The notes beneath the pieces are model-generated. The model was not told where the DNA came from. It saw nothing but the letters and a program-made list of their open reading frames with translations, and ran no database searches. This document shows positions 1 through 11,126 of a stretch of 32,000 nt of DNA, one piece after another. The DNA lies in assembly GCF_000014785.1 (NCBI RefSeq), contig NC_008340.1, forward strand, positions 1,410,001-1,442,000, in the 5' to 3' direction. Within the stretch, counting starts at the first letter, position 1; every line of letters begins with the position of its first letter. The DNA is from Alkalilimnicola ehrlichii MLHE-1. Its GTDB lineage: Bacteria; Pseudomonadota; Gammaproteobacteria; Nitrococcales; Halorhodospiraceae. The translations under genes were made by a program, and so were the position numbers.

Positions 1-238
1 TGCGGTGGTCCTGCCCTTTGAGGCCCTATACGGGACCCGGCGGGTCTACCGGCTGGAGGAGGGGCGCATGCGCGCGGTGGAGGTGGAGCGGCTGGGCGAG
101 GCGCCGCTGCCCGACGGCCGGCGCGGGATGCTGGTGCGCAGCCCGGAGTTGACCGCGGGCACCCGGGTGGTGGTCACCCAGATTCCGCGGGCCATGGACG
201 GGCTGCGGGTGCGCGATCTGGGGAGTGAGGCACCGTGA
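1..238 (+). CDS. RND efflux periplasmic adaptor (HlyD/MFP-type), C-terminal end only
   Basis: Open frame from the window edge to a TGA at 236-238. Overlaps the start of the RND permease (GTGA). Short beta-rich C-terminus; the call depends mostly on the neighbour. Confidence 0.65.
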   Translation, partial: AVVLPFEALYGTRRVYRLEEGRMRAVEVERLGEAPLPDGRRGMLVRSPELTAGTRVVVTQIPRAMDGLRVRDLGSEAP

Positions 239-3200
239 TCCGCGGCGACCGCGCCGGCGGCCTGGCTTGGTTTTCCCGCCACCCGGTGGCCGCCAACCTG
301 GTGCTGATCCTGATGGTGGTCGGCGGGCTGTACTCTGTCACCCAGCTCAATACCCAGTTCTTCCCCAACTTCGAGCTGGACATTGTCAACGTTGAGGTGG
401 AGTGGCAGGGCGCCACCGCCGAGGACGTGGCCGACGGCATCACCCGCCCGTTGGAGGATGAGCTGCGGGACCTGGACGGCCTGCGGGAGATGGTCTCCAC
501 CTCCGCCGAGGGGATAGCGGTGATCACCCTGGAGTTTGCCGAGGGCACCGACATGGCCCAGGCGGTGGAGGACGCCAAGGAACGGGTGGGTCGGGTGCGC
601 AATCTGCCTCCGGACTCGGAAACCCCCACCATCAACCGCATCACCCGCTATGACCCCATCGCCCGGGTGCTGCTCACCGGCGAGGTGCAACCCGATGAAC
701 TGCGCGGCCTCGCCCGCAGCCTGGAGGAGAGCCTGCTGCAGAGTGGGGTGGCGCGGGTGCAGGTCACCGGCCTGCCGGCGGAGGAGATCCGCATCACCAC
801 CCGCAATGAGCGGTTGCTGGACCTGGGGCTCTCCTTCGACCGCTTCGCCGGTCTGATCGCCAGTCAGAGCCGGGATCTGCCCGCCGGCGAGGTGGGCGAG
901 GCCGACGTCGCCCGCCAGTTGCGCAGTCTGGAGCAGCGGCGCAGCGTGGCGGAGTTCGAGAACCTGCAACTCGCCATCGACGGTCGTAACATCCTGCTCG
1001 GCGACATCGCACGGGTGGAACGCCTGCCCCGTGACCGGGAGGTCGAGGTCTATTTCCAGGGCCGGCCGGCGGTGGAACTGCTGCTGGAGCGGGCCGAGCA
1101 GGAGGACGCCCTGGACAGCGCCCGTATCCTCGAGGAGTGGGTGGCGGAAACCCGGCCCACGCTGCCGCCCGGTGTGGAACTGCAGGTCTTCGATGAATCC
1201 TGGGAACTGATCAGCGAGCGCATCGGCCTGCTGGTAAAGAACGGCCTGGGCGGGCTGATTCTGGTGGTGGGCATCCTGTTCATCTTCCTCTCGGGGCGGG
1301 TGGCCTTTTGGGTCACCGTGGGCATCCCGGCCTCCTTTCTGGCCGCCCTGACCGTGCTCTGGCTGGTCGGCGGCAGCATCAATATGATCAGCCTGTTCGC
1401 ACTGATCATGACCCTGGGTATCATCGTCGATGACGCCATCGTCGTGGGCGAGGACGGGCTCTCCCACTACCAGCGCGGCGAGAGCCCCTTCCAGGCCTCG
1501 GAGGGCGGTGCCCGGCGTATGTTCCCGCCGGTGATCGCCTCCTCGCTGACCACCGTGGCCGCCTTCCTGCCACTGATGGCCGTGGGCGGTGTGATCGGCA
1601 ATATCCTGTTCGATATCCCCTTGGTGGTGGTCTGCGTCATCCTGGCGTCGCTGGTGGAGGCCTTCCTGGTGTTGCCAGGCCACCTGCGGCGCTCCTTTGA
1701 GGCCATGCAGCGGGCCGACGGCGGCTGGTCCGGACGGATCTGGCGCCTGCTTCGCCGGCAGCGGAGACAGCCTGCAGCGGAGGCTGGCGGCCGGACGGGG
1801 CCGCCCGGGCCCGGTCCGGTCCGCCGGCGTATCGACGGCGCCTTCGATACCTTCCGCGACCGCTACTTCATTCCGGCCGTGCGCCGGGCGATCGCCTTCC
1901 GCTGGACCACCATTGCCGTGGGCATCGCGCTGCTGATCGGCTCTGTGGGCCTGGTGGCCGGGGGGCGGATCGCCTTCACCTTCTTCCCCACCGTGGAGGG
2001 GACCATCCTTTACGGCAACGTGAGCTTCGTCGCGGGCACCCCACGCGAGCGGACCGAGGCCTACCTGGGCGAATTGGAGCAGGCCCTGCTGGGGGCCGAG
2101 GAGGCCCTGGGCGGTGATCTGCTTCGGGGGCACCTGGTCTACGTGGGCAAGAAGCAGAGCGACGGTGCCGGCACTCAGGACCGGGGGGATCATTACGGCG
2201 CCATCATGGCCGAGTTGGTCTCGCCGGATGCCCGCACGGTCTCCAATCGCGAGTTCATGGCCGCCTGGCGCGAGCGCGTGCCGGAGGCCGCGGGGCTCGA
2301 ACGGTTGGTGGTGCAGGAGCGCATGGCCGGGCCGCCCGGCGATGACCTGGATATCCGGCTGATCGGACCCGATGTGCAACGGTTGAAGGCCGCCTCCGAG
2401 GCATTACAGGACGCGCTGGCCAGTTACACCGGGGTCTCCGCCATCAGCGACGACCTGCCGTGGGGCCAGGAGCAGTGGGTCTACAGCCTCACCGACGAGG
2501 GGCGCGCGTTGGGTCTGGACGTGGCCGAGATCGGTAGTCAGCTGCGTGCCACCTACCTGGGGGAGCTGGTGCAGATCTTCCATGAGCGGCGGGACGAGGT
2601 AGAGGTGCGGGTGCGCCTGGACGAGGAGGAGCGGCGCGGCCTGGCGGCGCTCTCCGACTTCCGAGTGCAGTTGCCCGAGGGCGGGGCGGTGCCGCTGGAC
2701 AGTGTGGCGGTGCTCGACAGCCGCCGCGGCTTTGAGGCCCTGCGCCATGTGGACGCGCGCCAGGCGGTGACGGTGACCGCGGACGTGGATGCCAGTGTCG
2801 CCAACGCCAACCGCATCCTGGCCGATCTGGAGGCGCGGGTGCTGCCCGAGCTGGCGGCCCGCCACGGTCTGGAGTACCGCTTCGGCGGGCGGGCCCAGGA
2901 CCAGGAGGAGACCCTGGCCGACATGCGGGCGGGTCTGGTGCTGGCACTCACCCTCATCTACATCATTCTGGCCTGGATCTTCGGCTCCTACGGCTGGCCA
3001 CTGGTGGTGATGGCGGTGATCCCCTTCAGCCTGGTGGGGGCGTTCCTGGGCCACTGGCTGATGGGGCTGGATCTCACTATCCTGTCCCTGTTCGGGCTGT
3101 TCGGCCTGACCGGTATCGTGGTCAACAACTCCATTATCCTGGTGGTGTTCTATCGCCAGTTGCGGGAGCAGGCCCGGATGGCCGCCGACGAGGCCCTCCT

Positions 3201-3459
3201 GGAGGCCTCGCGCCAGCGGCTCCGGCCGGTGCTGTTGACCTCGCTGACCACCATCGGCGGGCTGGTCCCGCTGCTGTTCGAGACCTCGGTGCAGGCCCAG
3301 TTCCTGATCCCCATGGCGGTCTCCATCGCCGGCGGGCTGGCGGGGGCGACCCTGCTGGTGCTGTTCCTGGTGCCCGCCATGTTGTCCGTCTATGAGCGTG
3401 CCGCGGAGCGCCTGCAGGGGGACGCCAATCGTTTCCGGGAGGCAACAGACCATGGCTGA
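235..3459 (+). CDS. RND-family efflux transporter permease (AcrB/MMPL-like)
   Basis: 1074 aa. N-terminal HPVAANLVLILMVVGGLYS..QFFPNFELDIVNVEVEWQGATAEDV, two sets of TM helices, and GIIVDDAIVVGED and GIVVNNSIILVVFY motifs typical of RND pumps. Confidence 0.95.
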   Translation: MIRGDRAGGLAWFSRHPVAANLVLILMVVGGLYSVTQLNTQFFPNFELDIVNVEVEWQGATAEDVADGITRPLEDELRDLDGLREMVSTSAEGIAVITLEFAEGTDMAQAVEDAKERVGRVRNLPPDSETPTINRITRYDPIARVLLTGEVQPDELRGLARSLEESLLQSGVARVQVTGLPAEEIRITTRNERLLDLGLSFDRFAGLIASQSRDLPAGEVGEADVARQLRSLEQRRSVAEFENLQLAIDGRNILLGDIARVERLPRDREVEVYFQGRPAVELLLERAEQEDALDSARILEEWVAETRPTLPPGVELQVFDESWELISERIGLLVKNGLGGLILVVGILFIFLSGRVAFWVTVGIPASFLAALTVLWLVGGSINMISLFALIMTLGIIVDDAIVVGEDGLSHYQRGESPFQASEGGARRMFPPVIASSLTTVAAFLPLMAVGGVIGNILFDIPLVVVCVILASLVEAFLVLPGHLRRSFEAMQRADGGWSGRIWRLLRRQRRQPAAEAGGRTGPPGPGPVRRRIDGAFDTFRDRYFIPAVRRAIAFRWTTIAVGIALLIGSVGLVAGGRIAFTFFPTVEGTILYGNVSFVAGTPRERTEAYLGELEQALLGAEEALGGDLLRGHLVYVGKKQSDGAGTQDRGDHYGAIMAELVSPDARTVSNREFMAAWRERVPEAAGLERLVVQERMAGPPGDDLDIRLIGPDVQRLKAASEALQDALASYTGVSAISDDLPWGQEQWVYSLTDEGRALGLDVAEIGSQLRATYLGELVQIFHERRDEVEVRVRLDEEERRGLAALSDFRVQLPEGGAVPLDSVAVLDSRRGFEALRHVDARQAVTVTADVDASVANANRILADLEARVLPELAARHGLEYRFGGRAQDQEETLADMRAGLVLALTLIYIILAWIFGSYGWPLVVMAVIPFSLVGAFLGHWLMGLDLTILSLFGLFGLTGIVVNNSIILVVFYRQLREQARMAADEALLEASRQRLRPVLLTSLTTIGGLVPLLFETSVQAQFLIPMAVSIAGGLAGATLLVLFLVPAMLSVYERAAERLQGDANRFREATDHG

Positions 3460-4207
3460 GCAGGGTACCCCTCGCTTCGGCATTCTGATCATCGGCGATG
3501 AGCTGCTCTCCGGCCGTCGTCAGGACAAGCATATGGCGGCGGTCATCGAGCGCCTGGAGGCGCGGGGCCTGGAGCTGTCATGGGCCCGCATCGTCGGCGA
3601 CGACCCGGCGCTGCTCACCGAGAACCTCCAGCAGACGTTCGCCTCGGGCGATGTGGTGTTCAGCTTCGGTGGCATCGGTGCCACCCCGGACGACCGCACC
3701 CGGCAGTGCGCCGCAGCGGCACTGGGGCTTCCGCTGGTGCTGCACCCCGAGGGTGAGCGGGAGATCCGCGAACAGTTTGGCGAGCGCGCCACCGCCCAGC
3801 GGTTGCGCATGGCTGAGTTCCCCGAGGGGGCGGAGCTGATCCCCAATCCGGTCAACCGGGTGGCTGGGTTCTCCATCCGGCACCATCACTTTGTGCCGGG
3901 GTTTCCGAAGATGGCCTGGCCAATGGTGGCGTGGGTGCTGGACCATCACTATGCCCGCTGGCACGCGCCGGGGGTGCGGGTACAGCAGACCCTTCGCGTG
4001 CCCGGTGCCCGTGAGGGCGACCTGATCCCGCTGATGGAGGCGTTTGTGGCGCGCTATCCGGATCTGCGCCTCTCCTGCCTGCCCAAATCGGATGCGCAGG
4101 GCTTTGAGGTGGAGCTGGGCCTGCGCGGCGAGGGGCACCGGGTGGCGCCGGCCATGCACGAGCTACGCACCGGGGTGGAGGCGCTGGGCTACGAGGTGCG
4201 GGAGTGA
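3452..4207 (+). CDS. Competence/damage-inducible protein A-like (CinA N-terminal / MoaB-MogA molybdopterin-binding domain) protein
   Basis: ATG at 3452 overlaps the permease stop. Motifs FGILIIGDELLSGRRQDKH and VVFSFGGIGATPDDRTRQ. The annotated ORF starts upstream at 3392. Confidence 0.88.
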   Translation: MAEQGTPRFGILIIGDELLSGRRQDKHMAAVIERLEARGLELSWARIVGDDPALLTENLQQTFASGDVVFSFGGIGATPDDRTRQCAAAALGLPLVLHPEGEREIREQFGERATAQRLRMAEFPEGAELIPNPVNRVAGFSIRHHHFVPGFPKMAWPMVAWVLDHHYARWHAPGVRVQQTLRVPGAREGDLIPLMEAFVARYPDLRLSCLPKSDAQGFEVELGLRGEGHRVAPAMHELRTGVEALGYEVRE

Positions 4208-4440
4208 GGCTGCGGCCGGCGGACTGGCTGGTGGCGGCGCTCTTCGCCGTTGGTTGCGCGGCCTGCCTGGTGGTGACCGTGGTGCTGCTGGGCAACGGGC
4301 TGCTGGGCGTATTGGGCCACGGGGAGGCGGCGCTGGGCAGTCCGGGGGATTACCTGGGGGTGATGGCCCTGCTGGCGGCGGTGCTGCTGCCGGTGGTGCT
4401 CTGGGGGCTGGCCCGCCGGCGCCCGGCGGACGACGGCTGA
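4204..4440 (+). CDS. Small hypothetical membrane protein (78 aa, two predicted TM segments)
   Basis: GTG start overlaps the preceding TGA (GTGA). Two hydrophobic stretches: WLVAALFAVGCAACLVVTVVLLGNGLLG and YLGVMALLAAVLLPVVLWGLA. Confidence 0.6.
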   Translation: MRLRPADWLVAALFAVGCAACLVVTVVLLGNGLLGVLGHGEAALGSPGDYLGVMALLAAVLLPVVLWGLARRRPADDG

Positions 4441-4460
4441 GGCCGTGCCTGGGCGGATGG

Positions 4461-4491
4461 CCCGATGACCGCGTCGCCGCCGGTCATCGGG
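4461..4491. terminator. Perfect 11-bp hairpin between convergent genes, candidate bidirectional terminator without U-tract
   Basis: CCCGATGACCG-CGTCGCCGC-CGGTCATCGGG. Overlaps the stop codon of the minus-strand MFS gene. Confidence 0.5.
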
Positions 4492-5680
4492 CAGCGGTGC
4501 GCCGGCGGTGTGGCCACGCCGCCCGCACCGCCAGCCCGGCCGCCACCAGCAGGGCGGCGCCGCCAAGCCAGAGCAGGGGGCGGTAGCTGCCGCTCCAGGT
4601 AAAGAGCATCGAGTGCGCCCAGGCGGCCGCCGCCTGGGTCAGCGCGAAAGCAGCGGTCAAACGCCCCCAGAGCCGGGCCTGGTGGCCTGGCGGGCAGAGC
4701 TCACTCAGACGCCCGGAGACCAACACCACCATCCCCGGTGTGGTGGCGCCCATGAACAGTGACGATCCAAACAGGACCGGCCCGAAGGGCCAGACCGAGG
4801 GCAGGAGGGTGGCCAGACCCATCAGCCCGAGCGTGGCGGCCAGGGCGGGCGCGAAGCCGAAGCGCCGTGCGGCGGCCCCGGCCAATAGCGCACCGATCAG
4901 GGCACCCAGCCCGAACAGGGTCCAGTAGGCGCTGGCCCGGTCCAGCCCCAGGCCCACCTCCCGCGCCAGGTAATCCACCCAGAACACCGTGTGCGGGATG
5001 TAACCCACCGCCACCAGGCAGTAGCCGGCGGCCAGCAGCAGGACAGCGGTCCGGTCGCTGTAGCGGCGCGGTTGCCAGCGCGGTTTCGGGGCCTCGTCTC
5101 CGCCGTTGGTCCGGGCCGGCCGGGACCAGGTGCGCAGGCTCAACACGGTGGCGAGCAGGGCGGCCCCCGCCAGTGTCGCCCAGCCCATGGCGGCGTGGGC
5201 GCCGGCCATGCCGGGCACCACCATCCCGGAGAACGCCACCCCGATGCCGATGCCGCTGAACATCACCGCGCCCACCGCGGGCCGGTGGCGGGCCGGTGTC
5301 CGGCCCAGTGCCTCGGAGACCGCCACCACCATCAGAATGGCGCCACTGGCCCCGGCCAGCCCCCTCCAGAAGGCGAACCAGGCGAACGGGGCCGGCCACA
5401 GGCAGGCGGCCAGGGCGGCCGTGGTGAGGATCAGGTTCAGGCGGATCACCCGGCCGCCACCGAAGCGCCGGGCCAGGGGTGCCCCGGCCAGCGCCCCCAC
5501 CAGGTAGCCGAGTAGGTTCGCCGCGCCCAGCCAGGCCGTCTGGGTAGCGCTGAACCAGCCCTGCTCCACCATCGGCGTGATCAGTGGGGCGTAGGCGAAG
5601 CGGGCCAGCCCCACGCCCACCAGCGTGGCGGCTAATCCGGCCAGGGCCAGGCGGAGCAGGGGCAGGGGGATCAGCCGCAT
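4484..5680 (-). CDS. MFS transporter, YbfB/YjiJ-like family
   Basis: About 398 aa from [44 protein letters not shown]. Multiple TM helices and GLARFAY..P motif. The ORF track extends further upstream, through the tRNA, which is spurious. Confidence 0.85.
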   Translation of the reverse strand: MRLIPLPLLRLALAGLAATLVGVGLARFAYAPLITPMVEQGWFSATQTAWLGAANLLGYLVGALAGAPLARRFGGGRVIRLNLILTTAALAACLWPAPFAWFAFWRGLAGASGAILMVVAVSEALGRTPARHRPAVGAVMFSGIGIGVAFSGMVVPGMAGAHAAMGWATLAGAALLATVLSLRTWSRPARTNGGDEAPKPRWQPRRYSDRTAVLLLAAGYCLVAVGYIPHTVFWVDYLAREVGLGLDRASAYWTLFGLGALIGALLAGAAARRFGFAPALAATLGLMGLATLLPSVWPFGPVLFGSSLFMGATTPGMVVLVSGRLSELCPPGHQARLWGRLTAAFALTQAAAAWAHSMLFTWSGSYRPLLWLGGAALLVAAGLAVRAAWPHRRRTAAR

Positions 5681-5804
5681 GGGGGCGAACGGCGCGGAAC
5701 GGGGGCACAGGGGACACCGGAATGGGGATGGCGCCGCTTGCGCACACGGTCCTCCTTGGGGGATCGGGGGATGTCCAACAGGGTGCCGTGCCGGCGGGAA
5801 AAGC

Positions 5805-5889
5805 TGGTGCCGCCCCCCGGACTCGAACCGGGACGCCCGAAGGCAAGGGATTTTGAGTCCCTCGTGTCTACCAATTTCACCAGGGCGGC
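5805..5889 (-). tRNA. tRNA-Leu(CAA)
   Basis: Minus strand GCCGCCC..TGGTGAAATTGGTAGACAC..AGGGA-CTCAAAA-TCCCT..(short variable arm TTGCCTTCGGGCG)..TCCCGGTTCGAGTCCGGGGGGCGGCACCA. 7-bp acceptor stem, long variable arm, encoded CCA. Confidence 0.96.
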
Positions 5890-5900
5890 AGCGGCTGAAC

Positions 5901-5929
5901 AGTATACGGCCGGTGCCGGCCGCAATCAA
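5901..5929 (-). promoter_or_regulatory. Sigma70-type promoter for tRNA-Leu
   Basis: Minus strand TTGATT - 17 nt - TATACT, ending 12 nt upstream of the mature tRNA 5' end. Confidence 0.75.
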
Positions 5930-5971
5930 TTTTCAGCCGTCTTCCGGGCGCATCTGGTAACATCCCGCGCC

Positions 5972-8159
<2,188 letters not shown>

Positions 8160-8312
8160 CCGGTGGAGGTGAACGGCCGGTGTGGGGCACGGTAACGGAC
8201 AGTCTGGGTGCGGGTCGTGTCTGACGGTTCGAGTGGGGCCGGGGCTGTGCCATAATACCCCCCTTTTGGGTCCGGGCGCCCCGGGTGCCTGTTAGCTACT
8301 GGAGGTTTTCGG

Positions 8313-8651
8313 ATGGATTTCTTCATCTCCCCTGCGATGGCGCAGGGTGGCGCGGACGGGGGTGGCGGCTTGAGTTTCCTGGTCTTCACCCTGGTGTTGA
8401 TCGCCGTGTTCTGGTTTCTGGTGATCCGGCCGCAGCAAAAACGTGTGAAGGCCCACCGGGAGATGCTCTCGGAACTCAAGGTGGACGATGAAGTGGTCAC
8501 CAACGGGGGCGACCTTGGCCGCATCAACTGGCTGAATGACAACTGGGTCGGCCTGCAGGTGACGCCGGAGCAGGAGTGGGTGGTGCAGCGCCAGCTGGTG
8601 GCTCACCAAATGCCCAGGGGGACGGTGGAGCAGTCCTGGGCACAGGACTGA
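8313..8651 (+). CDS. yajC: Sec translocase accessory subunit YajC, divergent first copy
   Basis: 112 aa. MDFFISPAMAQGG, a single TM segment, FLVIRPQQKRVKAH, and DDEVVTNGG. SD ACTGGAGG upstream. Confidence 0.9.
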   Translation: MDFFISPAMAQGGADGGGGLSFLVFTLVLIAVFWFLVIRPQQKRVKAHREMLSELKVDDEVVTNGGDLGRINWLNDNWVGLQVTPEQEWVVQRQLVAHQMPRGTVEQSWAQD

Positions 8652-8661
8652 CCCGACCCAT

Positions 8662-8683
8662 GCACCGGCCAGCGTGCCGGTGC
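8662..8683 (+). other. Perfect 8-bp hairpin between the two yajC genes
   Basis: GCACCGGC-CAGCGT-GCCGGTGC, 10 nt after the yajC1 stop and 34 nt before the yajC2 start. Confidence 0.5.
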
Positions 8684-8717
8684 CCCGATTATCAGTAACG
8701 ACTGACAGGAGCGACCG

Positions 8718-9224
8718 ATGGACTTTTTCATTTCCACTGCCATGGCCCAGGGCGGCGGTGAGCAAGGCAACCCGCTGTTCGGCATCATCTTCCTGGTCCT
8801 GATGATGGCGATCTTCTGGTTCCTGCTGATCCGCCCGCAGCAGAAGCGCCAGAAGGCGCACCAGAAGATGGTCACCGAACTCTCCCGGGGTGACGAGGTG
8901 GTCACCAACGGCGGGGTGCTGGGCCGCGTCACCGCCGTCGGTGAGACCTTCATCACCCTCGAGGTCTCCAAGAGCCAGCAGGTGCGAGTCCAGAAGAACG
9001 CCGTCGCCAATGTAATGCCCAAGGGCACCATCAAGGAGCAGGAGAAGGCGGCGCAGCAGGCCAAGAAGGAGGCCAAGCGGCAGGACAAGCAGGAAGCGGT
9101 CGAGGACCGGTCCGATGAGACGGCCGTTGACGAGGCGCCGTCCGGGGCGGAAGAGCCGGAGACCGAGCGGGCCGCCGAGGGTTCCGAGGATGCCACCCAG
9201 GACAAGGACCGGCCGGCGCGCTAA
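8718..9224 (+). CDS. yajC: Sec translocase accessory subunit YajC, second copy with acidic C-terminal extension
   Basis: 168 aa. MDFFISTAMAQGG..FWFLLIRPQQKRQKAHQKMVTELSRGDEVVTNGGVLG, then a charged tail. Immediately upstream of secD. Confidence 0.95.
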   Translation: MDFFISTAMAQGGGEQGNPLFGIIFLVLMMAIFWFLLIRPQQKRQKAHQKMVTELSRGDEVVTNGGVLGRVTAVGETFITLEVSKSQQVRVQKNAVANVMPKGTIKEQEKAAQQAKKEAKRQDKQEAVEDRSDETAVDEAPSGAEEPETERAAEGSEDATQDKDRPAR

Positions 9225-9251
9225 GGCGAGGCGCCCGTTGGCGGAGGCAGA

Positions 9252-11117
9252 ATGAACCGCTACCCCCTCTGGAAATACCTGATACTCATCGTGGCGATCA
9301 GCCTGGGCGCGCTCTACGCGTTGCCCAATCTCTTCGGTGAGGACCCGACGCTGCAGATCTCCACAGCGGAAGGGGATCCCCCTGACCAGGAGACGCAGCA
9401 GTCGTTGCTGCGCTTCCTGGAGGAGCAGGGTGTCCCGGCCATCGGTGCGGAGACCCGTGAGGGTCAATACCTGATCCGCTTCGACAGCGTGGACCACCAG
9501 ATGGACGCGGCGGACCTGGTCTCCGCCAAGCTTGGCCGCGGGTACACGGCGGCCATGACCCTGACACCGAGGACACCGGCCTGGCTGCGGGCCCTAGGGG
9601 CCGAGCCGATGTACCTGGGCCTTGACCTGCGCGGCGGCGTGCACTTCCTGCTGGAGGTGGATGTCAATGCCCTCAGGGAACAGACGGTCGAGCGTCACGT
9701 CAACGACTTCCGCACCCTGCTGCGGCAGGGCCGCATCCGCTACGGTCAGGTGGAGCCCTACGAGGACCTGGCGGTGCGGGTCTCCTTCCGGGAGGCGCCG
9801 GCACGGGACGAGGCGTTGCGGTTGCTGCAGGAGGACTTCGGCGATCTGGAGTTCGACCGGGACGAGGCCGACGGCAACTATTACCTGATCGCTCGGATCA
9901 CCCAGGACGACCTGGATGAGATCGTTCAGTTCTCGGTCAACCAGAACATCACCACCCTGCGCAACCGGGTCGATGAGCTGGGCGTGGCCGAGCCGGTGAT
10001 CCAGCGTCAGGGTGCCGAGCGCATTGTTGTGCAGTTGCCCGGGGTACAGGATCCGGCCCGGGCCAAGGAGATCCTCGGTGCCACCGCGACCCTGGAATTC
10101 CGCTTGGTGGATATGGAGCGCTATCCCTTCACCGGGGATCCCGAGGCGCCACGCCTGCCACCCGCGGCGGAGCTGTTCCAGGAGCGCGACGGCAACTACG
10201 TGGTGCTGCAACGGGATGTGATGATGACCGGCGACCGCATCGTTCATGCGGCGTCGGGGATCGACCAGGAGACGGGCGGTCCCCAGGTCAACATCCGGCT
10301 CTCCGGCGCAGCCGGACGGCAGTTCAACCGCATCACCCGAGAGCACGTGGGCGATCTGATGGCGGTGGTCTTCATCGAGCGCCAGTCGGAGATGGTGCTG
10401 GTGAACGACGAGCCGCAGCGTGAGGTCACCGAGGTGCGCGAGGTGATCAGTGTCGCCAATATCCGCGAGCCCCTGGGGGCCAGCTTCCGGATCACCGGGC
10501 TGGACAGCACCCAGGAGGCGCGCAACCTGGCGCTGCTGTTGCGTGCCGGCGCCCTGGCCGCGCCCATCGATATCGTCGAGGAGCGCACCATCGGCCCGAG
10601 CCTGGGCGCCGAGAACGTACGCCAGGGCTTCCTGGCGGTGGTCATCGGCTTCGCCCTGGTGGTGGTCTTCATGGCCTTCTACTACCGGGTCTTTGGGCTG
10701 GTGGCCAACCTGGCGCTGATCACCAACCTGGTGCTTATCGTCGCGGTCCTGTCGCTGCTGCAGGCCACCCTGACCCTGCCGGGTATCGCCGGGATAGTGC
10801 TCACGGTGGGTATGGCGGTGGACGCCAACGTTCTGATCTTCCAGCGAATACGCGAGGAGTTGCACGCCGGATCCAGTATCCAGCGGGCCATCGACCAGGG
10901 CTACGGCAAGGCCCTGTCCACCATCGCTGACGCCAATGTGACCACGCTGATCGCCGCGGTGGTGCTGTTCGTGTTCGGCACCGGGCCGGTGCAGGGGTTC
11001 GCAGTCACCCTGTCCATCGGTCTGGTGACCTCCATGTTCACGGCCATCCTGGGCACCCGCGCGGTCATCAACCTCATCTACGGCGGCAACAAGCGCGTCG
11101 CCGAGCTCAAGATCTGA
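9252..11117 (+). CDS. secD: Protein translocase subunit SecD
   Basis: MNRYPLWKYLILIVAISLGALYALPNLFGEDP, YLGLDLRGGVHFLLEVD, VGMAVDANVLIFQRIREEL. Confidence 0.98.
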   Translation: MNRYPLWKYLILIVAISLGALYALPNLFGEDPTLQISTAEGDPPDQETQQSLLRFLEEQGVPAIGAETREGQYLIRFDSVDHQMDAADLVSAKLGRGYTAAMTLTPRTPAWLRALGAEPMYLGLDLRGGVHFLLEVDVNALREQTVERHVNDFRTLLRQGRIRYGQVEPYEDLAVRVSFREAPARDEALRLLQEDFGDLEFDRDEADGNYYLIARITQDDLDEIVQFSVNQNITTLRNRVDELGVAEPVIQRQGAERIVVQLPGVQDPARAKEILGATATLEFRLVDMERYPFTGDPEAPRLPPAAELFQERDGNYVVLQRDVMMTGDRIVHAASGIDQETGGPQVNIRLSGAAGRQFNRITREHVGDLMAVVFIERQSEMVLVNDEPQREVTEVREVISVANIREPLGASFRITGLDSTQEARNLALLLRAGALAAPIDIVEERTIGPSLGAENVRQGFLAVVIGFALVVVFMAFYYRVFGLVANLALITNLVLIVAVLSLLQATLTLPGIAGIVLTVGMAVDANVLIFQRIREELHAGSSIQRAIDQGYGKALSTIADANVTTLIAAVVLFVFGTGPVQGFAVTLSIGLVTSMFTAILGTRAVINLIYGGNKRVAELKI

Positions 11118-11126
11118 CGGGGCGAT

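Noticed and set aside
46-2379. 777-aa minus-strand ORF opposite the RND permease
   Set aside because: Histidine/glutamine/glycine-rich low-complexity translation antisense to a clearly conserved gene. Typical artefact of high-GC coding DNA.
5681-5929. Upstream extension of the minus-strand MFS ORF through the tRNA-Leu
   Set aside because: Runs through a complete tRNA gene. The plausible protein starts at [11 protein letters not shown] (5680).
5738-5971. Upstream extension of the queA ORF through the tRNA-Leu
   Set aside because: Crosses the antisense of the tRNA. Canonical QueA begins at [16 protein letters not shown] (5972).
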